Shown here piece by piece: positions 1 to 10,200 of a DNA stretch of 64,000 nt; the stretch's first letter is position 1; every line of letters begins with the position of its first letter. Origin of the DNA: Candidatus Thermosaccharophagus tengchongensis (lineage in GTDB: Bacteria > Armatimonadota > Fervidibacteria > Fervidibacterales > Thermosaccharophagaceae). The notes under the pieces were generated by a model, which saw only the letters and a program-made list of their open reading frames with translations, was not told where the DNA came from and did not search any database. The position numbers and the translations under genes were made by a program. The stretch lies in the NCBI GenBank assembly GCA_032161105.1, contig JAVHTD010000002.1; one strand, given 5' to 3'.

Positions 1-2
1 GC

Positions 3-275
3 GGCGGGATGGTAATAGCACCGCAGGCTAATGTGATGGATGGGTTGCTTCACATGTGCCTGATAAGGGCGGCTCCAAAGGTGACGATACTGATTTTATT
101 CCCGGCCGTGTTTTTTGGCTGGCACAGATTTCACAGCGCAGTCTCAAGCCATACTGTTACCAATGTTAAAGTCAGCTCACCACAGCAGCTTTGGCTATAT
201 GCAGACGGTGAGAAGATGCGCCCGACGCCGACAACCATTAGCGTCATGTCTAAAGCGCTTTGCGTCGTCGTTTAA
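3..275 (+). CDS. Diacylglycerol kinase family (YegS/BmrU-like) lipid kinase, C-terminal part; 5' end lies outside the window
   Basis: GGM-x-IAP-x-A-x3-DGLL and ADGE motifs of the DAGK C-terminal domain; frame is open to the window edge. Confidence 0.8.
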   Translation, partial: GGMVIAPQANVMDGLLHMCLIRAAPKVTILILFPAVFFGWHRFHSAVSSHTVTNVKVSSPQQLWLYADGEKMRPTPTTISVMSKALCVVV

Positions 276-360
276 GCTGCTCTGGCTGTGCATCTGATCA
301 TTGGCGTGTCACAATTGCTGCAAAACTGCATCTCGCTCGGAAGGTGTGGGGGTGATTGAG

Positions 361-2211
361 ATGCACATGTGGCTTTCGCTGCTGTGTCTCTCTATGGCAT
401 TCCATGCGGAGATAAACATACCGTCACCGGATGAATGGACAGCACTTGTGAAGAGAGCTCACCCGCGCCTTCTCGTCACCGCAGATGGCTTTGATGGATT
501 GCGCAGGCTTATAGGGGCAAATCCGACGGCAGCTAAGTTCTACAGCTCAATCAAGCAGCAGGCTGAACGAATCCTGAACGAAACGCCATCTCGCTACGAG
601 ATACCGGATGGCTTAAGGTTGCTTGGCGTGAGCAGGCGCGTGCTCAATCGGATTTATGTGCTCTCATTTGTGTATCACATTGACGGCGATAAAAGATGCA
701 TTGAGCGGGCTTGGCGCGAAATTGAGGCAGCTGCTAACTTCCCCGACTGGAACCCGCGTCACTTCCTTGACACCGCGGAAATGACACATGCGTTTGCCAT
801 TGCTTATGATTGGCTCTATGACCAGTGGAACGATGCCCAACGGCGAGTCATAGTTGACGCCATAGTTTCAAAGGGTCTTGAGCGAGCGTTGGAGGTTTAC
901 CGCAGCCGTGGTTGGTGGTCAAGGGCAAGGCACAATTGGAATCAAGTTTGCAATGGCGGCATCGGAATGGGTGCGCTTGCCATCTTTGAAGAGCATCCGA
1001 AGCTGTGCGGGGAGATATTAACCAACGCTCTTAACTCATTGCTTTTGCCGATGGGTGAATTTGCTCCCGATGGAGCGTGGGCGGAAGGTCCCGGGTATTG
1101 GAACTACGCCACTTCCTACAATTGCGTGCTCCTTGCAGCGCTTGAAACTGCGGTCGGAACAGACTTAGGTCTGGCGAAGATGGAGGGCTTCTCCGAGACG
1201 GGTTTGTTCCCGATCTACATCACCGGTCCGCTCGGTAGAACTTTTAACTTTGCCGACGGCGGTGATGGGACTCTCCGCGCACCGCACATGTTTTGGCTTG
1301 CTCGGAAATTTAATCGCCCAGTCTATGCCTGGTATGCGAGGTCTACTGCTGCACCGCATCCGCTCGACATAATCTGGTTTGATGAGCGCGGCAATGACCC
1401 GGAAGCTGAGGGTTTACCGCTTGATAAGCACTTCCGAAAAGTTGAGGTTGTGACGATGCGCACCGCATGGAATGATAGGGAAGCCACATTCGTCGCTTTT
1501 AAAGCCGGTGACAACAGAGCCAACCACAGCAATCTGGACATAGGCACATTCGTCATTGACGCGCTCGGTTATAGGTGGGCGCTTGACCTCGGTGCCGATA
1601 ATTACAACTTGCCCGGCTACTTCGGCGCGCTTCGTTGGTCGTATTACCGCATGCGCGCTGAGGGACATAACACCATCGTGATAAACCCATCAAAGGAGCC
1701 GGACCAAGACCCAAGAGCGTTTGCTAAGGTGATTCGCTTTTCATCTCGCAAGGACTTTGCATTTGCTGTTGCCGACTTAACTCCGGCTTATTCGGCTCAT
1801 GCAGCCAGCGTCCTGCGGGGCGTCATGTTGATGCGTGGCGCAAATGGCGATGCCATCCTCATCCAAGATGAGATTGAGCTGAAACAGCCGGGGGAGGTAT
1901 ATTGGTTCATGCATACGCCGGCTCAAGTGCAAGTTGATGGAGCTACGGCAATATTGCATCAAGGCGATGCAAGGCTTTGGTGCCGCATAATCTCGCCAAG
2001 CAATGCCCAATTCACAGTCATGGATGCAAAGCCGCTTCCGTCATCGCCAGACCCGAAGGGACAAAACCCAAACGCCGGTGTGCGCAAGCTCGCCATACAC
2101 TTCAGTGGCGTTAAGGAGCTGCGCTGCTGTGTCATTCTCATCCCGTTGCCCAAGTCGCATGAGCCGCCAAAGGAGCTGCCGCAAGTTAAAGCATTGAGTG
2201 AATGGCAGTGA
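361..2211 (+). CDS. Secreted heparinase II/III-like (DUF4962-type) polysaccharide lyase family protein
   Basis: Signal-peptide-like N-terminus (MHMWLSLLCLSMAFHA); HPRLL, NWNQVCNGG, EGPGYW, FNFAD and GHNTIVIN motifs; start set at ATG 361. Confidence 0.75.
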   Translation: MHMWLSLLCLSMAFHAEINIPSPDEWTALVKRAHPRLLVTADGFDGLRRLIGANPTAAKFYSSIKQQAERILNETPSRYEIPDGLRLLGVSRRVLNRIYVLSFVYHIDGDKRCIERAWREIEAAANFPDWNPRHFLDTAEMTHAFAIAYDWLYDQWNDAQRRVIVDAIVSKGLERALEVYRSRGWWSRARHNWNQVCNGGIGMGALAIFEEHPKLCGEILTNALNSLLLPMGEFAPDGAWAEGPGYWNYATSYNCVLLAALETAVGTDLGLAKMEGFSETGLFPIYITGPLGRTFNFADGGDGTLRAPHMFWLARKFNRPVYAWYARSTAAPHPLDIIWFDERGNDPEAEGLPLDKHFRKVEVVTMRTAWNDREATFVAFKAGDNRANHSNLDIGTFVIDALGYRWALDLGADNYNLPGYFGALRWSYYRMRAEGHNTIVINPSKEPDQDPRAFAKVIRFSSRKDFAFAVADLTPAYSAHAASVLRGVMLMRGANGDAILIQDEIELKQPGEVYWFMHTPAQVQVDGATAILHQGDARLWCRIISPSNAQFTVMDAKPLPSSPDPKGQNPNAGVRKLAIHFSGVKELRCCVILIPLPKSHEPPKELPQVKALSEWQ

Positions 2212-2271
2212 AGGAGAGAGGATCAGCGGCTCCATATGACTTCCGCAAATGGATGAGGATGAGCATTCAAT

Positions 2272-2961
2272 TCATCGCTGCAGCATCTCTGCAGCTGCGC
2301 GTGCATTCCTGATAAACTGCTCCATGAGTGCGGCATCCTTCACACCCTTACAGCGCTCAACGCCGCTTGAAACATCAACTCCCCAAGGGCGAACAAATTT
2401 TATGGCATCCCCGACATTGCTTGGGTTTAGTCCGCCAGCAAGCATTGTTCGCCCATCAAGGTTCTCGTTGATGAACTTGGCATACTCCCAATGTGAAAGC
2501 GTTCCAGTCCCCCCGGGGATGCCCTTCGCCGGCGATGCATCAAGCAGGATTACATCGCTTCCGGCTTTGACATACTGCTCAGCTAATTTGAGCAACTCCT
2601 TTGCGGATGTTGGCTCAAAGCGCTCTTCAGCGCTTGGCAGCTTTATCGCCTTCCAAACACCGCAATCAATGGCGCCCTTCAGTCGGCTAACGGTTTCCAG
2701 CGGTTCCTCACCGTGAAGTTGCAGGGCTGCCGGCTTAACCTCATCTGCCACTTTGAGCAATTTCTCAAACTGCATGTTGACCGTCACCGCAATCACAGGC
2801 AATGGCGAAATGCATGACAGCTCTGCAGCGCGCGATAAGCTTTGCGAGCGAATGGCTCCGGGAACTTCCACAACTATGCCTATGTAATCCGCACCGCAGG
2901 ATGCAGCCGTTGTTATGTCGGCGGCGCTTGTCATGCCGCAGATTTTGACGACGATGCTCAT
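2272..2961 (-). CDS. trpF: Phosphoribosylanthranilate isomerase
   Basis: VKICG, QLHGEE, LAGGLNPSNV and GVDVSSGVE motifs; start set at MSIVVKICG. Confidence 0.92.
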   Translation of the reverse strand: MSIVVKICGMTSAADITTAASCGADYIGIVVEVPGAIRSQSLSRAAELSCISPLPVIAVTVNMQFEKLLKVADEVKPAALQLHGEEPLETVSRLKGAIDCGVWKAIKLPSAEERFEPTSAKELLKLAEQYVKAGSDVILLDASPAKGIPGGTGTLSHWEYAKFINENLDGRTMLAGGLNPSNVGDAIKFVRPWGVDVSSGVERCKGVKDAALMEQFIRNARAAAEMLQR

Positions 2962-3031
2962 TGCGCACTCCACCTCGTTTTGAGCCTTTAGAGCAAAGTT
3001 CGTCCGTTGGGGAATGGGTCTTCGTCGGACT

Positions 3032-4249
3032 TTACCGTGGTGGCGTGACAAGGATGCTCATCGCAGCACCGCTCTTATCAACCGAGTTGATTAGCACAGG
3101 TTTATCGCCATCCCATGCCATCGGCTTTTCCGTGATTAGCCATATGTTTGCGCAAGGCGTTGTTGTGAAGAGAGTTGGCGGTATACTGCGGTATGCGAAT
3201 GACGCGATGGCAACACAAATGCTTAAAGCGCTCCCAGCACCAACAGTTTCTCCAAATGCGGCTTTCGGACTGCTCACCGGGATTGCGTTGCCAAAGAGGC
3301 ATTCCACTGCTACGGCTTCAGCATCATCAATTCTTTTTGAACCATTCGCCGATGCACATATCCAGCCAACTTGACTCGGCTCAACTCCGGCTGACTGCAA
3401 TGCCCCCTTCATGCTCCTCAGGATGGCATCGGAGATTGAGCTTTCGCTGTCAGCATCTAATGCCTGTGCGGCACCAATGCCACCTATGCAACCGAGCACA
3501 TTCGCACAGCGCTGCTTTGCTGCATCCTCATCTTCAAGCAAGAGCATGCAGGCACCTTCACCCATCACCCAGCCATTGCGTGAGGCGTCAAACGGTCGCA
3601 TTATCTCTTCTCCGCCATCATTCGGCGAGAGTTCGCCAGCCAAATAGTTAGCCATGAACTGAAGCGCAGAGAATGCCTCGGAGCCTCCGGCGAGTATTCT
3701 CCTTGCAAGTGAGCGCTTTATCGCCATTGTCCCGTTGGCTATCGCCTGCGCACCGGACAACATTCCGGCGCTGCAGCAGGAGTGATAGCCTTTGAGATTG
3801 AATTCAATTGCTGCGAGGCTTATCGGCGTGTTCATGTATGCGTGTGTGAACATGATTGAGCTTGCGCCCCTGAAGCCGCGCTTGAGTATGCGCTCCCAGA
3901 AGATGAGCATGCTATCCTCACATCCGTATGCGGTGCCGTGGCATATACCAAAGCTCGGCGCATCGTCCTCGGTCACTTCAATGCCCCCGTCCTTGAGCGC
4001 GAGCCAGCATGCAGCAATTGTCAGCGCCGAGCATCTGTCAAGGTATGCCTTTTTTGTGGGTAGCAACTCATCAAGCGGCTTCTTTATCAGGTAGGCGGTG
4101 CGGCTGCGCAGCGCTGTTAGCTCAAGCCCTTGAACGCTTTGGAGTTGGTCTGCACCGCATTTGCACGAGAAGAGGTTGCGAGCAAACTCATCCAGCTGTG
4201 TCCCTATGGATGTGATAATTCCCACGCCAGTTATCGCCACCCTACCCAT
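3032..4249 (-). CDS. Beta-ketoacyl synthase-like protein lacking the catalytic triad (chain-length-factor-like)
   Basis: KS fold motifs (VAITGVG, RPFD...GEGA); Cys-His-His positions read Met, Ser, Glu when aligned to the neighbouring KS. Confidence 0.8.
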   Translation of the reverse strand: MGRVAITGVGIITSIGTQLDEFARNLFSCKCGADQLQSVQGLELTALRSRTAYLIKKPLDELLPTKKAYLDRCSALTIAACWLALKDGGIEVTEDDAPSFGICHGTAYGCEDSMLIFWERILKRGFRGASSIMFTHAYMNTPISLAAIEFNLKGYHSCCSAGMLSGAQAIANGTMAIKRSLARRILAGGSEAFSALQFMANYLAGELSPNDGGEEIMRPFDASRNGWVMGEGACMLLLEDEDAAKQRCANVLGCIGGIGAAQALDADSESSISDAILRSMKGALQSAGVEPSQVGWICASANGSKRIDDAEAVAVECLFGNAIPVSSPKAAFGETVGAGSALSICVAIASFAYRSIPPTLFTTTPCANIWLITEKPMAWDGDKPVLINSVDKSGAAMSILVTPPR

Positions 4250-4266
4250 ATCCTCAGTTCACTCCC

Positions 4267-5478
4267 TCAATGTCCATTGTATCGTCTGAGCACGACGGCG
4301 CTGTTGTTGCCACCAATCCCAGCCGATATTGAGATGGCGATGTTGACCTTATGCTCCCTTGCCACATTTGGGACATAGTCAAGATCACATTCCGGGTCTG
4401 GCTCCTCATAATTCAGCGTTGGCGGAACAACGCCTTCATTGATCGCTTTTATCGTCGCGATGGCTTCAACGCTCCCTGCAGCAGCCATGACATGTCCAAC
4501 TGCCGCCTTGATTGAGCTGACAGGGATCTCGTAAGCCCTCCTTTTAAGCACGGCTTTTATTGCGTGCGTCTCTTCGGGGTCATGGGGCTGCGTCCCGGTG
4601 CCATGTGCGTTGATGTAGTCAATCTGCTCCGGGGACACATTGCTATCCTCAAGCGCTTGCTTAAGGACTCGTATCATTCCCTCACCCTCTTTGCTTGGGG
4701 CTGTCAAGTGATAGGCATTGCTGTTCAGCGCATATCCCATCACTTCGGCATAGATGTGCGCTCGTCTTTCCTTTGCGTGCTCTTCAGCTTCAATGACAAG
4801 CGCTCCGGAGCCCTCACCGAATATTGTCCCGCTGCGCCGCCTGTCAAATGGGCGTATCAACTCTGGCGTTATTGTTCCGAGTATGCTTAAGCCGCCGAGC
4901 GCAAACCGAGAGAGCATGTCGTGACCTTCGGCGATGACTATATCCGCCATGCCGAGCTTTATCATGTCCATCGCAACTCCTATTGCGCTCGTTCCAGATG
5001 AGCATGAGTTTGACAGCGTCATCATCGGTCCGAGGAAACCAAACTTTGAAGCCACATAGCGCGCTGCGAAGTCAAAGGCGAATTGCTCAAACTGATTTGC
5101 ATTGACCTGTTGACCCAAAAGCCATCCCGATGCGAACTCTTCCCATCTCCCAGCACCACCGAAGTTGGTTGAAAAGACAAGCCCGACCTTCATTCGCTCA
5201 TCATCGCTCAGCTCAAGCAGCCCCGCATCATTTGCAGCCTCAAGGCATGCGAGATACGCAAACAAAGTTGCCTCATCAATGTCCTCGTCGGGAAGAGGCG
5301 CATTGGAAAGCACTTCCTCTTTCACCTCGCCAGCATTCTCATTCCTGAGCCCTGTCGGATCAAACCGAGTTATCCTTGAGATGCCGCTTCTACCCTCAAT
5401 CAAGCCCCTCCACAGCGATTCAACTCCATAGCCGAGACAAGTTATTGCGCCCATCCCAGTCACAACGACCCTTCTCAT
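4267..5478 (-). CDS. Beta-ketoacyl-ACP synthase II (FabF-like / type II KS)
   Basis: RRVVVTGMG, catalytic SNSCSSG, YINAHGTGT and SIKAAVGH motifs all intact. Confidence 0.9.
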   Translation of the reverse strand: MRRVVVTGMGAITCLGYGVESLWRGLIEGRSGISRITRFDPTGLRNENAGEVKEEVLSNAPLPDEDIDEATLFAYLACLEAANDAGLLELSDDERMKVGLVFSTNFGGAGRWEEFASGWLLGQQVNANQFEQFAFDFAARYVASKFGFLGPMMTLSNSCSSGTSAIGVAMDMIKLGMADIVIAEGHDMLSRFALGGLSILGTITPELIRPFDRRRSGTIFGEGSGALVIEAEEHAKERRAHIYAEVMGYALNSNAYHLTAPSKEGEGMIRVLKQALEDSNVSPEQIDYINAHGTGTQPHDPEETHAIKAVLKRRAYEIPVSSIKAAVGHVMAAAGSVEAIATIKAINEGVVPPTLNYEEPDPECDLDYVPNVAREHKVNIAISISAGIGGNNSAVVLRRYNGH

Positions 5479-5623
5479 CTTCAGTTCACCTCATTTGCGG
5501 CTTGTTCCATCAATGTGACATGCGGGTGGCTAACCATGTTGCGCTGTTCACCCTCGGGCATTCATGGGAGCGCTGTTGGGCAAATTAAGCGGGATTGATT
5601 GGCGCCTCAAGTGAAGCAAGTCA

Positions 5624-7741
5624 TCACTTCTGTTTGAACTTCAATGGGCGCCCTTCAACATCGGTTATGCGAAGTGTGGCACACCAACCGCCACCGAAGT
5701 TGATCACCTTAAGGAGCACCGTGTTAATTCCGGGTCTAAGGTGCACCTTGACGACATCTTGGTCAACTGCTGGCGAGCGAGGTTGTGGGTAGCGGTGGAT
5801 GAGCTTTCCATTGAGCCAGCACTTTATGCTATCATCGCTGCCGAACTTGAACAGGGCATCGCACTCACTCTCAACCTCAATCTCGGCATACATGTATGCA
5901 GTCACATTTTGGTTTGGCTTTAGCAACGCCCCGAGGTCAACAAAGCCATCTATGTCATTTGTGCGGTGCCTCTCCCATTTGAGTTCAATGCCATCCACCT
6001 TGACCGTTGCACCCAAGTTGACCTCCTTCTCCGGCGAAAAAACGGCGTCAATATCCGTCCCCTCAAACGGACCTATAATCCACCACGATGTGATGAAGCC
6101 CCTCATTGACGCCAAGTCAAGTTCCGGACGAAGCTTCCTCAATGTTGCAACGACATTGTTAGCTATATCTCTCGGCAGGCTCATCTGGGACAACTTGAGG
6201 AGCATCTGCTCAGCTCTTTCCTTCTGACCCGCCTCTGCAAGTTTGACTGCTATGAGGGCATACGAACGCATTGCATCAACTCCAACGGATGCATCCGTGA
6301 GCAATCCCTCAACCAGCTTAATCGCTTCCTCACTTGTGAGCGCAGCGACTCCCGCAAGTGCTTCACGCACAAGCTCAGCTGTGCGTGCCATTTTCAGCGC
6401 CGCCACAAACATCTTAACGGCGCCAGTTGAATCGCCCTCGTTAACCCTCCTTCGGGCGAGCTCAAGATATGCCTTGAGCGCTATTTCGTGGATCTCATCA
6501 ATCTCGGAAGATGCTGCATTAAGTAGTGTCCCCTCAAGTGCCCTATCTTCAAGCCTTCCAAGGGCATGCAATGCAGCCACTTTTACGGCGTCGCTCTTAT
6601 CGGTTGAGGCTGCTTTGAGTGCATCCATTGCCACCTTATCCTTTCGCGCACCCATGATAAGCACAAGCAATGCCCGCTGCTTTTCGTCGGCTTTCACCAT
6701 CAGCTTTGAAAGCACCCTGCTAACATCCTCACCCTTCATGTTGCTCAAGCAGTTCATTGCCGTCGTGCGGACATGCGCATCTGGATCGCTAAGGCACATT
6801 ACGAGTGGCTCAATAGCGCTCATATCTGCGATTGGGACAATGTGTGTGAGCAATGCCCGTCTGCCCCGCGAATCGCTGACAAGCTTTAGCGCCTCGCAGT
6901 ATGCCTTAACGGCATCACCTTTCCGCCCGCTGAGCATCAGGCGTTCGCTCATCATGAGCAAGCCAGAGAGGGCGCTCCTCCTGACGCGTGCATTTCCATC
7001 CTTTAATCCGTTGAGGAGCAAATCAAGAGCCGCTATTTCGCCGAGCTTGCCGAGTGCTTCAAATGCGGCGCTGCGCACATTCTCATCCGCGCTTTTCGCT
7101 TCACCCATCAGCAACTTGAGCGCTTTCAAATCGCCCCTTTCGCCAAGGGCGTTGATTATGCCGACACGCAGATCGCCCTTCGCCTTCGGGAGCCATTCTC
7201 GCAATGCCTTTAAAGCTGCTTCTGAGGGGTTAGCCTGAAGTGCTTGTCTTGCGCTCTCGGCGAGTTCCTCATCAGCAAGTTGTGCTGATAAGCTCTCGAC
7301 GGCTTCCTCACCGCCAATTATTTGCAGTTGCTCAATGAGGAAGCGCTTTGCCCAATTTGGCAGATCCGTCTTGAGCAATTCGCACAGCGTCATGCTGAGT
7401 TCCTTGCGCTCCTTCACCCTGTCCTTTGCCGCAAACGCCATTGAAAGCCTGTGTATAGCTAACCTGATGCTGCCGTCCTTTCCCTCACCGAGCTGCGGCA
7501 TTAAGCGCACAAGCTGCCTTACGCCATCCATGCCGAGCTTCTGGACTCTCTCAATCGCTTGCTTGCTCAAATTGATATCCTCAGAGACGATGTCCTTGAG
7601 TATGCTCGCTAACGGCTCCTCTAAAACTCCGCCAGCTTCTGTCTCTCCTGCAGCACATGGCATTGCTGGCAGGATTAAAAGCACACATGATATCGTCACC
7701 GTCACCACTGTGATGCTGAGCATCAAGCGCATCACACTCAC
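5624..7741 (-). CDS. Exported HEAT-repeat protein with a C-terminal PA14-like beta domain
   Basis: Hydrophobic N-terminus; repeated VR-x-AA-x-x-ALG units; C-terminal WWIIGPF...GSDD-x3-WLNG...LRPGINTVLLKV. Confidence 0.75.
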   Translation of the reverse strand: MSVMRLMLSITVVTVTISCVLLILPAMPCAAGETEAGGVLEEPLASILKDIVSEDINLSKQAIERVQKLGMDGVRQLVRLMPQLGEGKDGSIRLAIHRLSMAFAAKDRVKERKELSMTLCELLKTDLPNWAKRFLIEQLQIIGGEEAVESLSAQLADEELAESARQALQANPSEAALKALREWLPKAKGDLRVGIINALGERGDLKALKLLMGEAKSADENVRSAAFEALGKLGEIAALDLLLNGLKDGNARVRRSALSGLLMMSERLMLSGRKGDAVKAYCEALKLVSDSRGRRALLTHIVPIADMSAIEPLVMCLSDPDAHVRTTAMNCLSNMKGEDVSRVLSKLMVKADEKQRALLVLIMGARKDKVAMDALKAASTDKSDAVKVAALHALGRLEDRALEGTLLNAASSEIDEIHEIALKAYLELARRRVNEGDSTGAVKMFVAALKMARTAELVREALAGVAALTSEEAIKLVEGLLTDASVGVDAMRSYALIAVKLAEAGQKERAEQMLLKLSQMSLPRDIANNVVATLRKLRPELDLASMRGFITSWWIIGPFEGTDIDAVFSPEKEVNLGATVKVDGIELKWERHRTNDIDGFVDLGALLKPNQNVTAYMYAEIEVESECDALFKFGSDDSIKCWLNGKLIHRYPQPRSPAVDQDVVKVHLRPGINTVLLKVINFGGGWCATLRITDVEGRPLKFKQK

Positions 7742-7773
7742 CCCACTCGGTCAAGTTGAAGTTAGCAGGTTCA

Positions 7774-9078
7774 TCACAGGTGCCATGGTGCTCGGTATGG
7801 TATGTTCACGAACCTATTCGCTTCCTCATCACCGACGAACTGCTCCTTAACCGGATCCCAAATTACCTTTCGCCCAAGCCTAATTGAGATGTTGCCTATG
7901 TGCATTATCGTGGAGACGCGGTGTGACACCTCCGCATTTCCACCGGGCTGCTTCCTCGTTTTGAGCGCTGTCTCAAAGTCAATCAGCGGCTCAGGGTCTG
8001 GGTAACTCTCAAGCTGTTTGAGCAGGTCTGGTGGGTCGGTGCGCCCATCGTTTAACACTTTCCCCTTCGGTCCCTCAATCCAGGGAACATCTGGTGGGTC
8101 TGGCTCACCCCACTCGCCGCTGACGCAGCGTATTATCGTTCCATCACCAAACTTGTAAGTGATCTTGCCCCACAACCTGACTGCGTCTGGGTGTGCTGGC
8201 TCTGCCTCAGCCTCAACTTCAATTGGACCGGGACAGTTCTCATCAAAGCCGAGCATGTAGATTATCGGGTCAAAGTAATGTGCGCCCATGTCGGTGAAGC
8301 CACCGCCGTCGTAATCCCAATAGCCGCGGAAGCTCCCATGGCAGCGATGTGGATGATACGGCTTATATGGTGCCGGGCCAAGCCACATGTTCCAATCAAG
8401 GTTCGGTGGGACTGGCTGTGGTTCAAGATCAATGCGCCCGCTCCACATCTTCACCTTCCAGTTATACTTGTGGTGGTTCATCGTGATGATAAGCGGCTTT
8501 CCGAGGAGATTGCTCGCTATAAGCTTTCGCCACACCCTTGCACCATACCTTCCAAATGTGCCGATGTGAAAGATGACGCCGTGGCGCTTAACAGTGTCAG
8601 CCACAACTCGCCCCTCATAAATGAACCTCGTCATCGGCTTCTCGCAGTAGATGTCCTTTCCAGCCTGTGCCGCATGGATGCATTGAAGCGCATGCCAATG
8701 CGGCGGTGTTGCGATGTAGACGACATCAACATCATCCCTGTCCAATATGTAACGGTAGTCCGTATAGCCGTCGCATTTTGTTCCCGCTTCCTCTGCGATC
8801 TTGAGTGCCCTTGTGAGATGATTTTTGTCCACATCGCAGACTGCAGCCACCCTCACATCCTTTCGGCTCAGCAAGTTGCGCAGGTGACCAGTCCCCATTC
8901 CACCAACGCCTATGACTGCCCGCACGCTCATATCACTTGGGGCTACATTGCCCGTGCGCCTACCGAGGACTTGAGCTGGCACTATTGTCGGTATGGCAAA
9001 TGATGCTGCAGCACCAAAAACGGTATTAATGAACTGGCGCCGAGAAAGCCTTGATGCGCTCTCACCGTGCATTTTCAT
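7774..9078 (-). CDS. Tat-exported Gfo/Idh/MocA family oxidoreductase
   Basis: SRRQFI twin-arginine signal; IGVGGMG, ATPPHWH, YCEKP and WLGPAP motifs; start uncertain (9072-9147). Confidence 0.88.
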   Translation of the reverse strand: MKMHGESASRLSRRQFINTVFGAAASFAIPTIVPAQVLGRRTGNVAPSDMSVRAVIGVGGMGTGHLRNLLSRKDVRVAAVCDVDKNHLTRALKIAEEAGTKCDGYTDYRYILDRDDVDVVYIATPPHWHALQCIHAAQAGKDIYCEKPMTRFIYEGRVVADTVKRHGVIFHIGTFGRYGARVWRKLIASNLLGKPLIITMNHHKYNWKVKMWSGRIDLEPQPVPPNLDWNMWLGPAPYKPYHPHRCHGSFRGYWDYDGGGFTDMGAHYFDPIIYMLGFDENCPGPIEVEAEAEPAHPDAVRLWGKITYKFGDGTIIRCVSGEWGEPDPPDVPWIEGPKGKVLNDGRTDPPDLLKQLESYPDPEPLIDFETALKTRKQPGGNAEVSHRVSTIMHIGNISIRLGRKVIWDPVKEQFVGDEEANRFVNIPYRAPWHL

Positions 9079-9182
9079 CACCACCTGAATGGCATGCGTT
9101 GCCTCCCCGTCGTTTGAAATTTTATGGGTGGCAGCGTAATGGCGCAAGGCTTCGCATTTAGATTTGCTCTCTCAATTCGCAC

Positions 9183-10070
9183 CTATCGCCGTATAGTTGC
9201 GGCTTGTTTGAGCAGCGGAAAGCCCAGCTCTTCGCGCTGCTTTATGTAGGCATTGCAGCAAGCCCTCGCAAGGCGTCTCACCCTTGCGATGTATCTCGTT
9301 CTCTCAACGACGCTGAGGACACCCCTTGCATCAAGCAGGTTGAACACATGTGAGCATTTGAGGCAGTATTCAAAAGCCGGTTGAACGAGCCCATGCTCAA
9401 TGATGCGCTCGCTCTCGTGCTCAAACATGTCAAACAGCTTGAAGAGCATTTCGGTGTCAGCCAGCTCAAAGTTGTATTTTGAGCCCTCAACTTCAAATCG
9501 GCGGTGCAACTCCCCATATGTGATGCCGTTTGCCCACTCCAAATCAAAGACGCTGTCAACGCCTTGAAGATACATCGCTATGCGCTCAGGTCCATAGGTT
9601 ATCTCAACGGTGATTGGGTTGAGCTCAATCCCGCCCATCTGTTGGAAGTAGGTGAATTGCGTTATCTCCATGCCATCAAGCCACACTTCCCAACCTATTC
9701 CGGCGGCGCCGAGCGTTGGCGATTCCCAATCATCTTCAACGAAGCGGATGTCATGTTCCTTTGGGTCAATGCCGAGGTATTGCAAGCTGCTCAGATAAAT
9801 GTCTTGGATGTTGTCAGGGGATGGCTTCATGACGACTTGGAATTGATAGTAATGCTGCAACCTATTCGGATTTTCACCGTAGCGTCCATCAGTTGGACGC
9901 CTTGATGGTTGAACATATGCGGCATTCCACGGCTCAGGACCAAGGCAGCGCAACGCAGTTGCAGGATGCATCGTTCCAGCGCCGACTTCCATATCAAACG
10001 GCTGAAGTATGAGGCAACCTTGGTCAGCCCAAAACCGTTGCAACGCCATGAGCAGTTCTTGGAATGTCAC
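9183..10070 (-). CDS. glyQ: Glycine--tRNA ligase alpha subunit
   Basis: [35 protein letters not shown] and ITQFTYFQQ motifs. Confidence 0.98.
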   Translation of the reverse strand: MTFQELLMALQRFWADQGCLILQPFDMEVGAGTMHPATALRCLGPEPWNAAYVQPSRRPTDGRYGENPNRLQHYYQFQVVMKPSPDNIQDIYLSSLQYLGIDPKEHDIRFVEDDWESPTLGAAGIGWEVWLDGMEITQFTYFQQMGGIELNPITVEITYGPERIAMYLQGVDSVFDLEWANGITYGELHRRFEVEGSKYNFELADTEMLFKLFDMFEHESERIIEHGLVQPAFEYCLKCSHVFNLLDARGVLSVVERTRYIARVRRLARACCNAYIKQREELGFPLLKQAATIRR

Positions 10071-10190
10071 CGTGCTTCACCTCGCTTTGGAAGCTACAGG
10101 CGTCAGTGTTGAAGAAGCCCTCCAATCGTTCGCGATGCAGCGGTTGCTCCCCCGTTTGCATGGTTTTGAAGTGGCACTCAGCCAAACAAC

Positions 10191-10200
10191 ATTATACACA
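10191..10200 (-). promoter_or_regulatory. Putative extended -10 promoter for glyQ
   Basis: Minus strand reads TGTGTATAAT about 120 bp upstream of the glyQ start. Confidence 0.5.

Noticed and set aside
6243..7238. 331-aa plus-strand ORF and similar long antisense ORFs (e.g. 8191-9003, 15487-16275, 23089-23808)
   Set aside because: Shadow frames opposite well-supported genes, with biased composition and no motifs.
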